Made by a program: the position numbers and the translations under genes
Assembly (NCBI GenBank): GCA_040954595.2
Contig: CM082591.2
Coordinates: 3,581,957-3,645,956, forward strand
Direction: 5' to 3'
DNA length: 64,000 nt
Origin: Balanoglossus misakiensis
Taxonomy: Eukaryota; Animalia; Hemichordata
Notes under the pieces: model-generated
What the model saw: only the letters and a program-made list of their open reading frames with translations
The model's database searches: none
Told to the model about the DNA's origin: nothing
Shown: positions 29,383 to 43,847 of the stretch, one piece after another
How positions within the stretch are numbered: position 1 is the first letter of the stretch
Layout of the letters: every line of letters starts with the position of its first letter

Positions 29383-30387
29383 TTAAGTCCTTGTAACGGC
29401 CTCGTTGGATTGTTCCGGCGATACCTGATTTCCTTTGCCTTTGCACCAGAATGTCTCTTTCAGGGCTCGTCTGAAGTGGTCCCACATTAACGCATAAATT
29501 ATTGGGTTACAGCACACATTGCAAAAGACAGATATCACGGTGAACTTGTAGAAATCGCCGTTCCAATCCATGGGTCCACCAAACACCCAGTTTTGGAAAT
29601 ACGCCAGCGAAGGGACGGTCCAGCACAAGAAGTACGTGACGACGACCACACACATGGTCTTCGTGACGTTTTTGGAGGCTTTGTTGAGGACCCCGTCGGC
29701 CTGGCTCGAGGAGAGATTGTTGGCCTTGTGGTCGATGACGCGCTTGCGCAACACGCGGAATATCTTCAGGTAGCAGAAGACGAACACGGTCATGGGGAAC
29801 GCGTACTCCACGACGAACACCAGCACGCCGATGAACCGCCGCAAGTGGTCGTTGGTCCACTCGTTGCGACACACCCCGCCGTCGTTGAAGTGCACGTACG
29901 GCCAGAACCACTCGTTGACGAAGCCGGCCAACCAGATGAAAGGCACCACGCAGCGCACCTTATTGATGTCGAATTTGTTGTGGTGCCTCACCGGGTGGAC
30001 GATAGCGAAATAGCGCTCGATGGTGATCGCGCAGAGGTTCAGCGACGAGGAGTCAAACAGAGACCACAGCGGATAAAGCGATATCCAAAACTTACACAGT
30101 ATAGTACCGCTGAGCCCCTTCGGGATGACGTCAACGGACGTGCCCAGGTAACTCAGCACAAAAATAAAGGAGCTACTCAGATCGATAATCGACTGGTTCA
30201 ATATAAACATATTTGTCACTGTTCTTAGCGATTTCACCCGAAAGAAAACCAGACATACCAGAGCATTTCCCACGATTCCAAGGGTTCCAACCACTCCAAT
30301 GCCAACATTGAAGAGAACGTCTTTGATTCCTTCATCGGTGACATCATCAGATGTTGTATTTGTCGAAGAGTTCATTTCGTCCATCAT
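29383..30387 (-). CDS. Class A 7TM GPCR, paralogue of the 13325-14305 receptor; 334 aa, intronless CDS
   Basis: Same motifs (GN, NQSIIDL, ERY, CWTVP, NPIIY); colinear with the other receptor and roughly two-thirds identical by eye; N-terminal sequons NSS and NTT. Confidence 0.95.
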   Translation of the reverse strand: MMDEMNSSTNTTSDDVTDEGIKDVLFNVGIGVVGTLGIVGNALVCLVFFRVKSLRTVTNMFILNQSIIDLSSSFIFVLSYLGTSVDVIPKGLSGTILCKFWISLYPLWSLFDSSSLNLCAITIERYFAIVHPVRHHNKFDINKVRCVVPFIWLAGFVNEWFWPYVHFNDGGVCRNEWTNDHLRRFIGVLVFVVEYAFPMTVFVFCYLKIFRVLRKRVIDHKANNLSSSQADGVLNKASKNVTKTMCVVVVTYFLCWTVPSLAYFQNWVFGGPMDWNGDFYKFTVISVFCNVCCNPIIYALMWDHFRRALKETFWCKGKGNQVSPEQSNEAVTRT

Positions 30388-30424
30388 TCTTTATAGATAC
30401 CACCTCTAAAGACGAAGATAAGCC

Positions 30425-30845
30425 CTGAAAAGCAATTAACAATTCTTGTATTTATAATAATCTTCTGCAATCAGTCTTTTGGTATAGTCTGTGCTGAGCA
30501 ATGTAGAAAATTAAAATTGTATTTAAAAGTGACATTTTTTCTTATATAAAGACATAACAGGCCTATATAATAAGGTATGCATACATACATTATACATACA
30601 TACATACATACATACATACAGTAATACATATACAGTAACACATACAGACACATACCGGTACAGTTATACATACAGTAATACAGCAATACATACTTACCGC
30701 TACAGTAATACATAATACACACACATACTGCAGAGACACACAAAAAAACACGGCATACAGACTGGAATTACAAACTTTGAAAAGTATAGTTTTAACGACA
30801 AGAACAACGATCATGATAGAAATATGCTATGGTATTAAATCCTAC
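30425..30845 (-). other. Probable 5'UTR intron of the minus-strand GPCR
   Basis: Donor GCAG|GTAGGA at 30845 and acceptor ttgcttttcag| at 30425, 37 nt upstream of the ATG; contains a degenerate (TACA)n tract. Confidence 0.55.
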
Positions 30846-33800
30846 CTGCACACTCTCCCGTGGTATTGGTTCTTTCTCTTCGCTGGTCGTTTGCTACTTT
30901 TGAGCGAACGCGTCTGGTGAGCAGCGCTTAATCAACAGCCGGCAACGTCACATTACGATCATATAGGATTATTCTGTGTGGACCTGTGATAAGAAACGTC
31001 AACATTTGTCATTCATAACGATTGCGAATTCTCTCTGTTGGTTTCTACACGGTGTATGAACACATTTCATTGCTCGAACATATCAATATTGCACAGAACA
31101 GATTCGGTTACATACATGATGACGAATATGGCTGCGCGGCTGCCGTCAAGAGAAGAAAACCTGGCTTTCCCGGCAGTTAGAAGGACCAAGCTACACCAAC
31201 TGACAGCTAACATTTCAACCACATTTCGCAGAGCGGCCAAACACGTCCTCCGAACACTGAGCAGACTTTCCAACAGTCGCACTCCCAATGATTACGAGAT
31301 TAACCGAGAAAACGTGCAGAAGTATGAACGTAAAACTAGGGGCTCCTGCGCAAATGGAACACGACGTTAGGGGCTCAACCCGAGCGTTAGTTACTTTGCT
31401 TGATTTGCAACACCATGGCTACGGCCTGGTGATGAATAAAATGAACTCCCAAACATCACAAATACGTACGTTTGGTTAATTCATAAACTGACAATAAAAA
31501 GACAGTTCCAATCATGACCTATAACGTGCAGTAGCTAAACGCTTCACCTTATGTTGATTTTTTATGTTGACTCATCTTCAGATTAACATCTATTATCACG
31601 TATACTCATGAAAAAATGAGTTTCCTTTCCAATTCCAATCCAATCAGAGGAAAGGAATTTTGCATTTGTAAAGGACATGCAATATGACATGAAAGGAATC
31701 GTTACAATTGGCGTGAATATATTAGCATACTCACGTATAGAAAAAATGAAAATGAATCAGCTCTTAGTCATTAGAGACAAACAATAATTACAATTACAGA
31801 ATTCTTCATTGAGGTTGGTGCACATATGGCTGAGAAACATTACTTTTGTGTTGTGGTTGTGGTGAGTATGAGTCATGATTATGTTCTGTCAAATGCAATG
31901 GCCAATTAGTGTATCCGCTACAGTCAACAGTGTATAAATAGACCATTTGTGAGTTTAGTAGACCACGTAATTGAAATCAACAACAACCGATTTGTTAATG
32001 TGGCATGGCTGGTTCAAGCTAAACACTTAAGACTAAATGAGTGGAAGTTCAGGTATGGTCAGATACTTTACACTGCCACCTTTCTTGCAAACTTGTGGGT
32101 AAATCATGCGTATTGCGGAAAACAACTTGTTTCTACATTTAAACTCTATTTCGACAGATGTCATGAGCTAATGGATAAGTACAATGTACCGTATGCTTTA
32201 AGCAAATGAATGCTTAGTGATGTCATCAACAACATTTGCCTTTGGTGAGTGACTACTTCCTATTTAGAGATTGATATTTGACGGGTGCCATATGTGGGGC
32301 AGGGTTTGCTTACTATTTTCAAGACACCAAACATCACTTGATTGCTACCATGTATTGTTTTATGACTGTTTGTCTTTGCAACTGGCCATCCAAATACCGT
32401 ATATTTGTCCTATTTACTTAAGACTATGGGTGGGAATATGATCACAGTTCGGACTCTATATGGTTATATTTCTGTCTTAAAGTACAGGTCGAGCGTGGCT
32501 CTTCAAAAGAAGCCCTGGCGACGTCAAGGCCTAAACAAAACATTTTACGCAGAGAGTGACATATCGTACCAATCGACGTGCTAGTTTGGTAATATAGGTA
32601 TTTGCGTTTTCGTGCGAATGTGTGTGAATCTATCAGTTTGAAGAAAATCATTCTATATATAGAGTAACAAAATAGCTATGTAATGTAGGAACGTGCTGAA
32701 TTCGCAGTTTTGTTCGAACAAGGTCATTCCACCCGTTCTTGTTTTAAAATGCTTTAGTATAATTTTGGATGTTATAATGATTATGATTACTAGGTTTTTG
32801 TATGTAAAATTTGTTTTCGGTTGGTTAGTTGGTTGGCTGGCTGGCAGGCTGGTTGGTTGGTTTATCGCTTCATTCATATTTTAACAAGATAGGGGCAGTA
32901 CTGCATGGAGGGCGTCATTTGTGAAGATTGGAGGCACCCTGTTCCCAATTTCCATTATAGTGCTTCATGTGACACGAATCCAATTATTGCGGAAAAATTG
33001 ATTGTTTCATTTAGGTCAAGTCTAGGTCGCATTCTTTGGTTGGAAATCCTTGCGTGCTGTCCACAAGCTTCAGTAAATAATACACATGTTTTAATACAGC
33101 GAAGCAATTGCCTGTAAACAAATACAACCGGACCGCCTGGCGCGGTTTTCTGATTTAATTACGGACGTCGCTGGACTCCTGCGACTTTTAATAGCATTGC
33201 CTTACCTACGTTTATCTAGAGTATAGTCCCACCAAAAATTGAGTCAGTGTTTCAGCTATTATATACGGTACCTACGTGAAGCAACCTACATGATTCAGCA
33301 CCAGTTATTATAATCTCTTATTCCGCATGCCTTGTAATATGCTTATGTAGCAGAAAAATCACTCTGGAAATATTGACAGCGGCGTTATGACACATAGCGC
33401 TTCAATCGCATCACATAATAACATCATAGAGCTACAATCTCTATATCATCCCGGACAAACGATTGTATTTTAAGCTCGTCACACGTCGCTTTGAGTGTGG
33501 CAGGAGCAATATGTCACTCACAAACATGCTTGCATTCCAGCGAACTCTCCCTACAGAGACGCAATTCTAAAGAATCCCCCGATGCGAGCGAACGCCGTAA
33601 AGGTGTAAAAGCGACGTCGGCTTCATGCGTAGTTAATTGCTTTATGCGACTCGAAGCACGTCTGCGTTTATGAAGTCTCGCGTAAAATTGAATTGTGCGA
33701 TTCTTCGGCGATAGAAATTGTACCGTACATGTCGCTCATCAGACATTGTAATTCGGACGACTTTGCACATAGGTTCACTGTAGTTGGCATGTTCAAGCGG

Positions 33801-34549
33801 TGAGACTTTGTATTCTCAAATACCCTAATCACTCAGTATAGAAGCAAGAATCTATTTTCCGTACAATGCAACACTATTACTTTATTTGATGTATTTTGAG
33901 TGAATTTACCGTAATTTAATTTCATGGCCTAATTTATATTAATGTTTGTGACCAGAATTATAAGTTCACAAAATTAAATTCAGCTATAGAAATTAACTAT
34001 ATATTAATCGATATCTGATGACAATGGAGATATTGGATACAAAATATATAAGCTGTGGGGAATTCCGTCGGTGACAATTTAAAGGCGTTACATGTATTGT
34101 CAAGACATTCGCTTCCATTCTTTGGACATTGTAAGTCAATATCCTCTCGTTGGTGAAAAATCGATATTACTTTATTACGTCAACATAAACTTACATTTAA
34201 AGCTTGTCAAAGTGCTGTCAATCTTCCATTTGGCTGAGGCCAAGTGTCAACGATTTTCAAATCAGAGCTATTAAGAAACATGGAAGTTTGAATAAATGGA
34301 AATCATTACATTATGAACTGCTGAACTTTAATAAAAATGACAGGAGATTATCGAAAACAAATATAAGCTTTCTTGGCTTTCTGCAAATAGCCTTACTTTG
34401 TTTCTATCTTGTAAATGACTTTAATTACTTTTATATACATTCTGCAGTTGATGTACATTTGATATTACACCTATATGTATACAGACGTACTTTTACAAGT
34501 CTGGATGTGACTGACCAGTCTTTTAACCTTACATTAACATTCCCAATGT

Positions 34550-34862
34550 TTAAAGCTCCATTAGCTGTAATTCTTTACTATGGTTTCTGTATTTTTGTTT
34601 TGTGTATCTACTGCAGTTTCTTGTTCAAATCTTAGAAGTGTGATGAAATGCCCAGTATCCAGCTTATTAACACAACCTAACATTGTTTTTGTGCCAAATT
34701 TGAATTAAAGTCTGGACTACAATTCTTGTGTCAACAATAACAATGTCTTTTACCCATACACAGGCTATGTTAACATGCTGTTTGGAGTTGAACAAGAAAC
34801 TGTATTTGGTACACAAAACAAAAATGCTGGAAATGAAGTTAAAATTGCCAGCTAATGTCCCT
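34550..34862. mobile_element. MITE with terminal and subterminal inverted repeats, TTAA at the left end (Kolobok/piggyBac-style)
   Basis: ttaaagctccattagctgtaatt ... aattgccagctaatgtccct; internal inverted pair tttttgttttgtgtatc..cagtttcttgttcaaatc / gagttgaacaagaaactg..ggtacacaaaacaaaaa. Confidence 0.7.
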
Positions 34863-37800
34863 ACAATTCTCAGACTCCTTCAAGTTATTTGAATATCATA
34901 ACACCCTGACGTGTACCATACTCAATTGAACATTCTTGATAGGGCAACAATGAAACGTTATGGTCTTTGACATTGCAAGAGTGCATTTTGATTCAAACTT
35001 CAAAATGGTTTTAAGTAGAAACTAGACCCACTATGTAAATGCCCCTTATTCCATTACTTTAACAGCTACATTGTGTAGGAAAGGTCAACAAACATGAAAG
35101 AATCTAAAAAAAGTAATTTGTAGTTTCCTTCCTGAAAATAAGACGCGCGTATGAATGAACAGAGCTGAGTGTTGCTGAAAACTGCTGAGTTACTGTGTAC
35201 TATGGGAGTAAAAGACCTTTTTCAAATCTCGGTCGACAATAATACAAGACAGATTTCTTTTCCACGCATAACAGTTAACTTCCTGTTGTTGCTTCAATCA
35301 TCTTCCCTTGAATCGATTACAGGAAAAATATAAGAAACAGACAAAATTGCAGGCCAATTTCAGATGAGCGTGGGTCTTTATAATAAGCGCAAAACAGCTG
35401 CGTCAAAAGTTTAATGACATATAAAGGACAATCCAAATTCTTAGGTTTTTCTCAACCGCCACTCCATTCCCTAAAACTTAACTGCCTTATTGAGTTTCTG
35501 CAAGGCAGTCTAAAATTAATTCATGGACCATCATCATCATCATCATCTTCATCGTCAATTCATAAAGTAAAACTTCTAATGTTAGCTACCAAGCATTCTT
35601 CATAAGTCCAAACATGACAGGAAAGAAAATTACAACCTAATGGATGCAGATATGGCCTCTGGTTGAAATATCAATTATGGAACAGAAGAGAAATGGGATC
35701 CAAATAATGGAAGACAATTGATCTATTTTGAAAATTGCAGCAATTTTTAAGTTCAGAACATATCTTGGTTTGCATGGGTTAATATAACCAAAATCTGTCT
35801 TTAATTTTTTTGCTAGTACAGATATACATAATATTAATTCTGGTTTGCAGCATCCAGTCAAGTTTGACATTCATTACGTGTCACTTCCAGATGCCACGTG
35901 TACATTTGACGTCATCATATACCCTAGATGTGTATCGAAGCCCGTAGGATAGTTCACATCGCAAAACGGGTTGCGATTCATTTTTCAATTGAAGCTACAG
36001 GGATCAAGCAGAGGTCATAGATAGCGTGCGAGCACACACAGACACTCACACATGAATAGTGATACTTTCACGCTGTTTACCAAACAATTGACCTATGTGG
36101 AAAAGTACTTTTCATTGGAATCGGGGGAAATTAACAGTCCGGGTCTTTCCTTCAATGAAATTAGCATACTCGGTGTAATGGGAGAATATGGTCGGGGGAG
36201 TTGTGGATAATTGCTTCTCGACATGTTCTTTTATTCAAGAGGCATTTACAAAGTAATTTTTTCCACACTGCGGGGCAAACAGTGAATGATTTAAAAGTCG
36301 CTAGCAAATAGACGTTTGCAATTTTTAGTTAAGTGCATTGGACATATTGACAAAATACCCAATAAACATGACTTTGTGGGTTTGGTTATACTTAAAACAC
36401 AAACTTAATTGAAACAGTCATTATAGGTGAGCCTGTCCTTGCTTGGTAGTGCTTGATTTGAATCTCTGTATCATACATATACAACTCAACTCAAAACATA
36501 CCTTCTGATGGATATAGCCAATGAAATCTGCCATATTTAATGTTTCATCATTGCAAAATTTTGTGCCATAGTGCTATTCATATACTATGCCCATATTGTT
36601 TAGTTGTAACAACCACTCAGTAAGGATATTTCATTGAGCAGAATAACATATAAGTTAAAGAAGCCTTTCAGAAGAAACAAAAATAACCACATTACTGTCA
36701 AAAGTGAGTGACTTTGTCCCTTTAACTTTCTGCCAGAGAACTTGTCCTGGGCATGGAAAAGTTCATGTATGAGTGTCAGCCAATCTAAGTTAACATATGG
36801 TATAGAGGTACAACTTTAACACAGAACACTGATTTGGGCCAAACCATGGTGGTGAAAGGGTTGAAATGAGCCGCGAACTTTCATGAAATAACTAGCATTA
36901 ATCAGATGCTCGCATGATGGATGCTGTATACTCCAGAACTGTGGGAGCTAAAGGTGACCAAGTTACAAAATAGGGCAAACACACATTTTTTTTATGAAAC
37001 CAATTCAGATCAATGGTGTAATTGTCACTTTCACATGGAGTGAGGGAATTATATATACTTGTATAGCTCCTAGGGGTGTGCTTTGTGTTCGTTACACGTT
37101 AGGGGGTCGTCCTGCGGTTAAAGTTATTAAAGATTCTTTAATAAATACTCGCCATGCGAATAGAGGTGGATATTAAAGTAAACACAGATGATGAAAAGAC
37201 AGGGCTTTCCTTTACAAATTCAATTGTGTCTTTATCTCCTAAGTTATCAAGAAAACTGTTGTGGATTCTCAAACATTATAATATCTGCTGTTATACATGG
37301 AATTCAATTAAACATCCTTGTCATAGAGAACGTTTACATCAACGATAGCAGTGGTATTTCAATTGTTAACACTCCACGCGTATGCAACAGTAAAAACTTA
37401 CAAAAGAAAGAATAGTATAACCTTGAATTCTACAAACCTCCAGCTAATTAAATCTAAGATTTCCCTACTTTTGTGATAATCGCATTCGGTTGAATTGACA
37501 TTGACATTTTCAAATAACTGTGGGGAAAAATGCACCTCTGCCTTGTACGCATTGATGTGTTAATACAATATACGTTTCCAACACTCACTGCAAATGTATG
37601 TAGCTGATGTTGACGCTACGATGTACATTACGCGGCCTGCCGACATGAAATGGCCTAAGGCAACGAACCCTTTATGGAGAAATTGCATGTGTGTGATGTG
37701 AAGCCATATATTGGGGAAGCGTTAAAACCTTTGTAACCGCGCCCGCCACTTGTTCGTTCAATTTCCTGCTGGTTGTACCAGGGATAATCTGTTCTTCTCA

Positions 37801-38310
37801 CCGGATAGACTCCTTTTTTCCAATCAAAGAAAGTGTATTGCAATGTATAATTTGTATTACTGAAATGATTTAACTTGCTTGTCGACGGTTCTTTAGACTT
37901 ATCCAGGGACGTAATGAACAGCACAAACTTTGATTGACACACACTCTAATCTTCAAAATACATGTCGTCAATCACGAACAAATTGAAGGGTTCAAAGGAG
38001 ACAAAATGGCATTTTTGCGTGATTGATCAATGTTATTAGGGCAACGTCAGGTACATGACAGGTCAGGTTCATAGAGAGGTCACTTCTGTTAATAACAAAC
38101 CATGTTTAATCAATCGAGCAATTAATTAGAGTGAGCAATTCGGCAAACGAGAAGGCACACAATTATTTGACATTTGTGTCTTATTTTATAATGATCTATA
38201 CAATACTCTTCATAGACAGTTTTACATGCTAACAACGTCCGATGGTTGGCATCTTTGAACACTGCAAGTTCAACTGAATAACTGCATTAATGAAGTATGT
38301 ATTACTGTGT

Positions 38311-38399
38311 GTATGTATGTACATGTATGTATGTATGTATGTATGTATGTATGTATGTATGTGTATGTATGTATGTATGTATGTATGTATGTATGTATG
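38311..38399. repeat. (GTAT)n microsatellite
   Basis: Direct inspection. Confidence 0.95.
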
Positions 38400-38589
38400 A
38401 GTGCGACTCAACAAACTGCATGATCTGTAATACCAGTATTTTATGCGTACAAGGTTCAATGGGATAAATTTAATCTCCGGTCTCCTTGAGACAGAATTTC
38501 AGTTTCTTACTTGGGATTAATATGGTTAGAATCTGTTCTCACCCACCACTGTTGGCAGCTGCTTTACAGATTTTAATTATTTTCTGCAA

Positions 38590-38960
38590 TTTCAAAGTGT
38601 CGTGCCGGATGCAGTCAAATGCGTATATATCGTTAGTCTCCCCTGGGATTCGATGAAAACATTACGCTGTCGCCGGTACCACTCATTTTTTTTCTTTTAA
38701 GTCTCATTATTGTATTTGCTGTCTGAAAATTTGACGAGGCAGAAATGTATGCATTTATTCATGGACAACAATTACACTCAAGATTTTGACAGTGTTTATC
38801 CATTTTTTTCCAGATAGGCCGTGTGTTTTAACCCGTTTTTGCGGATGTTCTTGTTAGAGAAAAACACGCTTGATTGGCCGTCCTGACTATCTGATTAACC
38901 TCAAGGTGTCCAACGCCTGGCAGATGTAAATTTCAATATTTTGTGCGATTCCTACGTGTA
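38590..38960. repeat. Dispersed repeat, second copy of the family at 25380-25760
   Basis: See 25380-25760; boundaries approximate. Confidence 0.65.
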
Positions 38961-41900
38961 TGCCCCCGTATCTTGTCATAAAGTGTTTCAGTTGTGCCAA
39001 TTTGTACAAAACTTGCGTGTATATAAACAGCAAATTAAAAAAAGATTTTGCTCACAATCAAATTTCAAATAACATCAATAAGCACGCATGGTGTCCATGT
39101 AAATGAAGAAATGATAGCTGGTCATTTAATTTTACGTCGCGTTCTTTTTATCTTTAAAACACGCAATGCGAGTCCATCTCGACAAAACAGAGAATAAAAC
39201 CACTGGCTAATATGCGGTGCTTGCCGGACAAAATAAACGACATGAGTGGTAAATCACTTAGCGTCGAAAACTACTTGCTTTTTGCTTACAGCGTCTGTTT
39301 GTTTTGCTACTGGATACGTCATTCACAATTCTCTGTTGACACATTATCGCCTTGATAGGTGATAGGGCACATCTGCTGCTTGCTGTCCAAACACCCAAAT
39401 AATTTGTCATCACTTACGGTGCTATTTTTACTGAACTCGCGTGTCTCAACGGACAAGTAATGCTTTGCACAGGTGATGATTCACACCTCATTCAGGAGCT
39501 GCAGACCCATCATCTGCTGAGCACGTGTCAGAGGATGACGAAGATGATGATGGCGGAGGTTGTATAGCGACGGTGTGAATTTCAGATTCATTGCCGCGGC
39601 TATCAAAACAAAATGGTTTCCATCAAAATCAGTGATGTTGTAATATAACTTTATTGAGAACAACCTGTCAGTTTTGTGCTAAAACAGCTTGAATGTAGGC
39701 TGTTATCACCCATATGTGAGCGCCATAAACTGACAAATGTGCCAATAGCACGCCAGTTTGAGACACGTCTAACAGACGAGACATGCTCCAAGCAGACAGA
39801 TTTTGTATAAATTTCGTGCTTCTTCTAAGGTCAAGGAGTGGATGCATAAATGCTTTCTTTAAGGCGATGGCATTCAGCATTGGCGACAAGGCAAAGATAT
39901 GTTTCCTCATAGACATATCTCAGTCAGAATGGTTCTGATTGTGCAGCATATACGCCGACTCAGGGGGCCGAACTCCTTGGGGACAGGGGCGTATACCACA
40001 TGGAAGCGAATGTGTTCCAAATTTGATGTTATGCAAGCAGAACAACCTGCACGTCTGTCCATTGCAAACACTTGTTTTCCATCAACTCATTACAATACAA
40101 GGTGAAAATGAGAGTGTTACAAAGTGATGCAAACGCAGAATACGTCTCTCTAATGCAAACACTTGACATCCACTACAGTACATTATCACCTTAGTATTAG
40201 GTGTTGGAGATCAAATGCATATGCTCGCTTCAAGTACCCCGGTATATGCACAGTGAGCCAGCTGGAAATAAGTAAAAGGTTGTAAACTAACAACACATCC
40301 GATTATGTAAATTTCTTAATCCTACACCCACACAAGATTCAAAGGATGACCTTTTGATATTGAGGTGTGGATGATTTGGGTTTATTTTTTCAACAAGGCT
40401 TTGTTTCAAATTACTGTGGAAAACAGAGAATACAGGAAGTATACTCAATTGTATTTTGGGGCTACACAAATAGAACATACATGGACCTATGTCCTCTACC
40501 CCATCTACCGGTAGAACACACATGAACCTGTCCTCCAACCCACGCCTATGTTATCGATGAAACATTAGAACTGTTTAAAGCTAGTGGCATCATACTTGTA
40601 ACACTCTTCCATTACAAGTAGATGTGGACACACAAGAGGATGTTCGGTTTTGTAATATTTTCTGGTTATCCGATCAGGATTATACTTAACATGCAGGATT
40701 AGTGATCAAACAATTTCTCCGAAAACAGGTTGCCAATCGGCTTTCTCCTAAAGCAGATTAACTTAAGATACATGCTTACAAATGTCGCCCAAAGCGTCAT
40801 CTCGAGAGACCAATGAGGCTATCATGCTCCACTAAAAGTTTTACGAATGTACGATAGCAACTTGAGACACACTAGAAGTAAACTTTTAAAAACTTCTGTG
40901 CGCACATTCCTGGTTGCTGTCGTGTCTGCGCAGATAGCATCATCAGGTTAGCCTATCATGACAGGACATCACCTCATCTATTGGTTTGCTAAAACTTTGA
41001 GAATAACGCAGCAATTGTATAATTCAAAGCGTACATTTGATATTTTCAATGTTGTACAACCATCATGAAAATCTTAAAGGTAGACTTCCATTACTATAAG
41101 TCATCTCTTAAAGCTACACTTCCATTACTAAGTCATTCATTATGTCTTATCTCACATCTCATATATTCATGTCTTATCTGATTTATTATATTACTGTACT
41201 TTATATGCATAAAACAGATAAGACTTGAGTTAAATAAAATAAAAGACGCGAAGTAACTTCTTGCGTCAATATTGTGACACAGAATCATATGTTATATCTC
41301 ATATATATTTAAATTTAACAGCAACTGCACGAATGCGCTGTACGGTATGTTGGAGAGGTTCTGTTCAGACGACAGTTGTACCTATGTTTGAAAGGAATTT
41401 CGAGTGTAGTCACCGTGCCAGGTGGTCATGCGATTATAGGACCATATGACAGACATAAGGGCGGAAATCGGTATAATATACATGTGATATCTTACAACAG
41501 GGTCGATATTCAAGGGAAGTTATAATGTAAAAACCCTTAACATCAGAAGCTGTATTGTAAATTCATATACTGACATCCTGCTTAGTTTTCATGCATGAGT
41601 CTGTGTTTAACCAGGCAACATAGATTACCCAAATTTCACTTAATCAGGGCACCATCAACCCCATATGAGATTCCTAAGGCTGTTGGTTTGATTCTACAGA
41701 TACTTGTCGAACGTGATGCAATGAATAGAGAATCTCTATACACTCTTCCTTAAAATGAACCATTTCATCGCTATCGTTGTATGACTCTGGCTGAGTTAAA
41801 AACTTCATCGATGACGTCAACCTTACATTTTTCTCGAGAAGCTGACACATGCACATATGACATATCATAGTGTTTGTACGATGAACCTGCAATTTGTTCA

Positions 41901-43750
41901 GGAAATTGCTCCAGTATTGCAATATATGTTCACATTACAATCTGTCGGAGCGGAAAGTCAGGACTTTACATCAGAGAGAAAGAAACTACATTTTTCACAC
42001 ATCCATTACTCAAATACATGGTGCATGTGTGTGCACTTTCACATTCTCCTATAGTATAAACAGTTCGTTATTCCCAAAATATACATTAGAGGAAAAATCT
42101 CTTTAGTATTATGTCTCCATTTTCTAGATTATTGACTTGGAACGAGAGTTTCAAGTGAGGGCCCCGACAAATGGTAAACGTTAGACAACATAACTACACG
42201 TATACCACAGCAATGACAATAATAGTCAACATATGCAGACTATGATTCACATATGCATTACAAATGAACTTTTCTGGCCTCAACAACGAGTTTCACATTG
42301 CACGTGCCATTACCTGATTCACGAAACGAGTTAAGAGTATATATAGCACAATTTACGAAATCACACAGCGTGCGCTATTATAGTGTGGGCAGATAATCAT
42401 GGGTAAATTAGACGGCGCGGTGTGACAACATTCGATACCTCATTGTTATCATCGCCATGTCATAACTTACAACATTTCGCTTCGGTTGGACTCCATACAG
42501 CAAAACCCTCCTGATTTGCTTTCGTATATTGTTACAATTTCATATAATCATGCGGAAACCAAATTCAGGCTAATAACAGCTTATTTGGGGCACAGTCAAC
42601 ATTCTGGGGAGGGGGGGGGATGAAAGTTGATATATCGAAAAATATTAATATTTATACAGACTGATACAACTTACAAATATTGTATTACATGCAGCGGTCT
42701 TATTGCCATATTATTTATGATTGGGTGTTATTTGCACGATGCACTCAGAAAAGTATCTTGAAGCTCATATAAATTGAATTATGATTAAGAATTGATAACT
42801 TGCAGGAATTAACACTGGTTTTCTGATCTCAGGGACCGCGACTTTTGTTTTGCATGCTTGGAGCGAAATAAACCACTGTTTCCATGGCAATTGCAGGTAC
42901 TCGAAGGGAAATTTTTCTACCAGACTGAGCTGACTTTTCACGCAAGACTGACGTAAAATGCAGAAGTGGGTCAAGACACAAACGGTCGCAAAACCATGTG
43001 CAGCACAGCACAACAATCAGCAAAAGACTTCCGGCAAAAACAGACCAGGAAGTGATGGTAGGGGTTTCGAAAATAGTAAGTAAACCCTGCACCAATGTGG
43101 CACCCACCATAATAGCAGTCACATACCAAAATGTACTATTTTGATGTGGCTGCAACACGTACAGGGACTATGTCAATGCCTGGTAGTGCTTATATTATTA
43201 TTGCTGCAACCATAAAATGTGCATGTTTTCATGTGTGCATGTAATCAGCGTTTACAAGGTTTACACCAGTTTACTGACAAATGGTTCAACTTGTCCTACC
43301 ACCAGGGTGGACATGGTGTCAAGGTAGCAGCGACAAAATTAATTTTAATTTTTTGCAAGATCCTGGCAAATTCTAATATAGAACTATTAAGAAATTTTGC
43401 CTGGAATGTGATTGCAAAGTCGCAGGAGAGACGCAGCTGGGGGCAGTTTATGAAAACCTTTGATGAAAGCACCGACAGCACGATTTCAGATAATCTGCAG
43501 GCCGTGAGGCATTCTAAAAATCAGTTTTCTCATACGTTATGAATACTGATATCAAATAAATATGCGGTGTGCCTTGAAAGGGCCGCGAAAGATTAAAACA
43601 AACAGAAAATGATACGTTGATGCACAGTCAAATCACGGACAGGTAAATTATTAATCAGGTATTAAGGATAAAATAATTAATTTTAATATTGTTCTGGGGT
43701 CCCTTTACCATAGGCATACTTAAGCTTAGACACATTGACATACATACCGT

Positions 43751-43847
43751 ACATACATACATACATACATACATACATACATACATACATACATACATGT
43801 ACACACACAGACAAACAAACAGACAGACAGACAGACGGACAGACAGA
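43751..43847. repeat. Compound microsatellite (ACAT)n/(ACAG)n
   Basis: Direct inspection. Confidence 0.95.

Noticed and set aside
29507-30228. Overlapping ORFs (134, 211, 67 and 73 aa) on the second GPCR
   Set aside because: Same GC3 shadow effect.
39481-40105. Coding-looking stretch including HMGDNSLH (ankyrin-like)
   Set aside because: Multiple stops, a single weak motif and no consistent exon boundaries.
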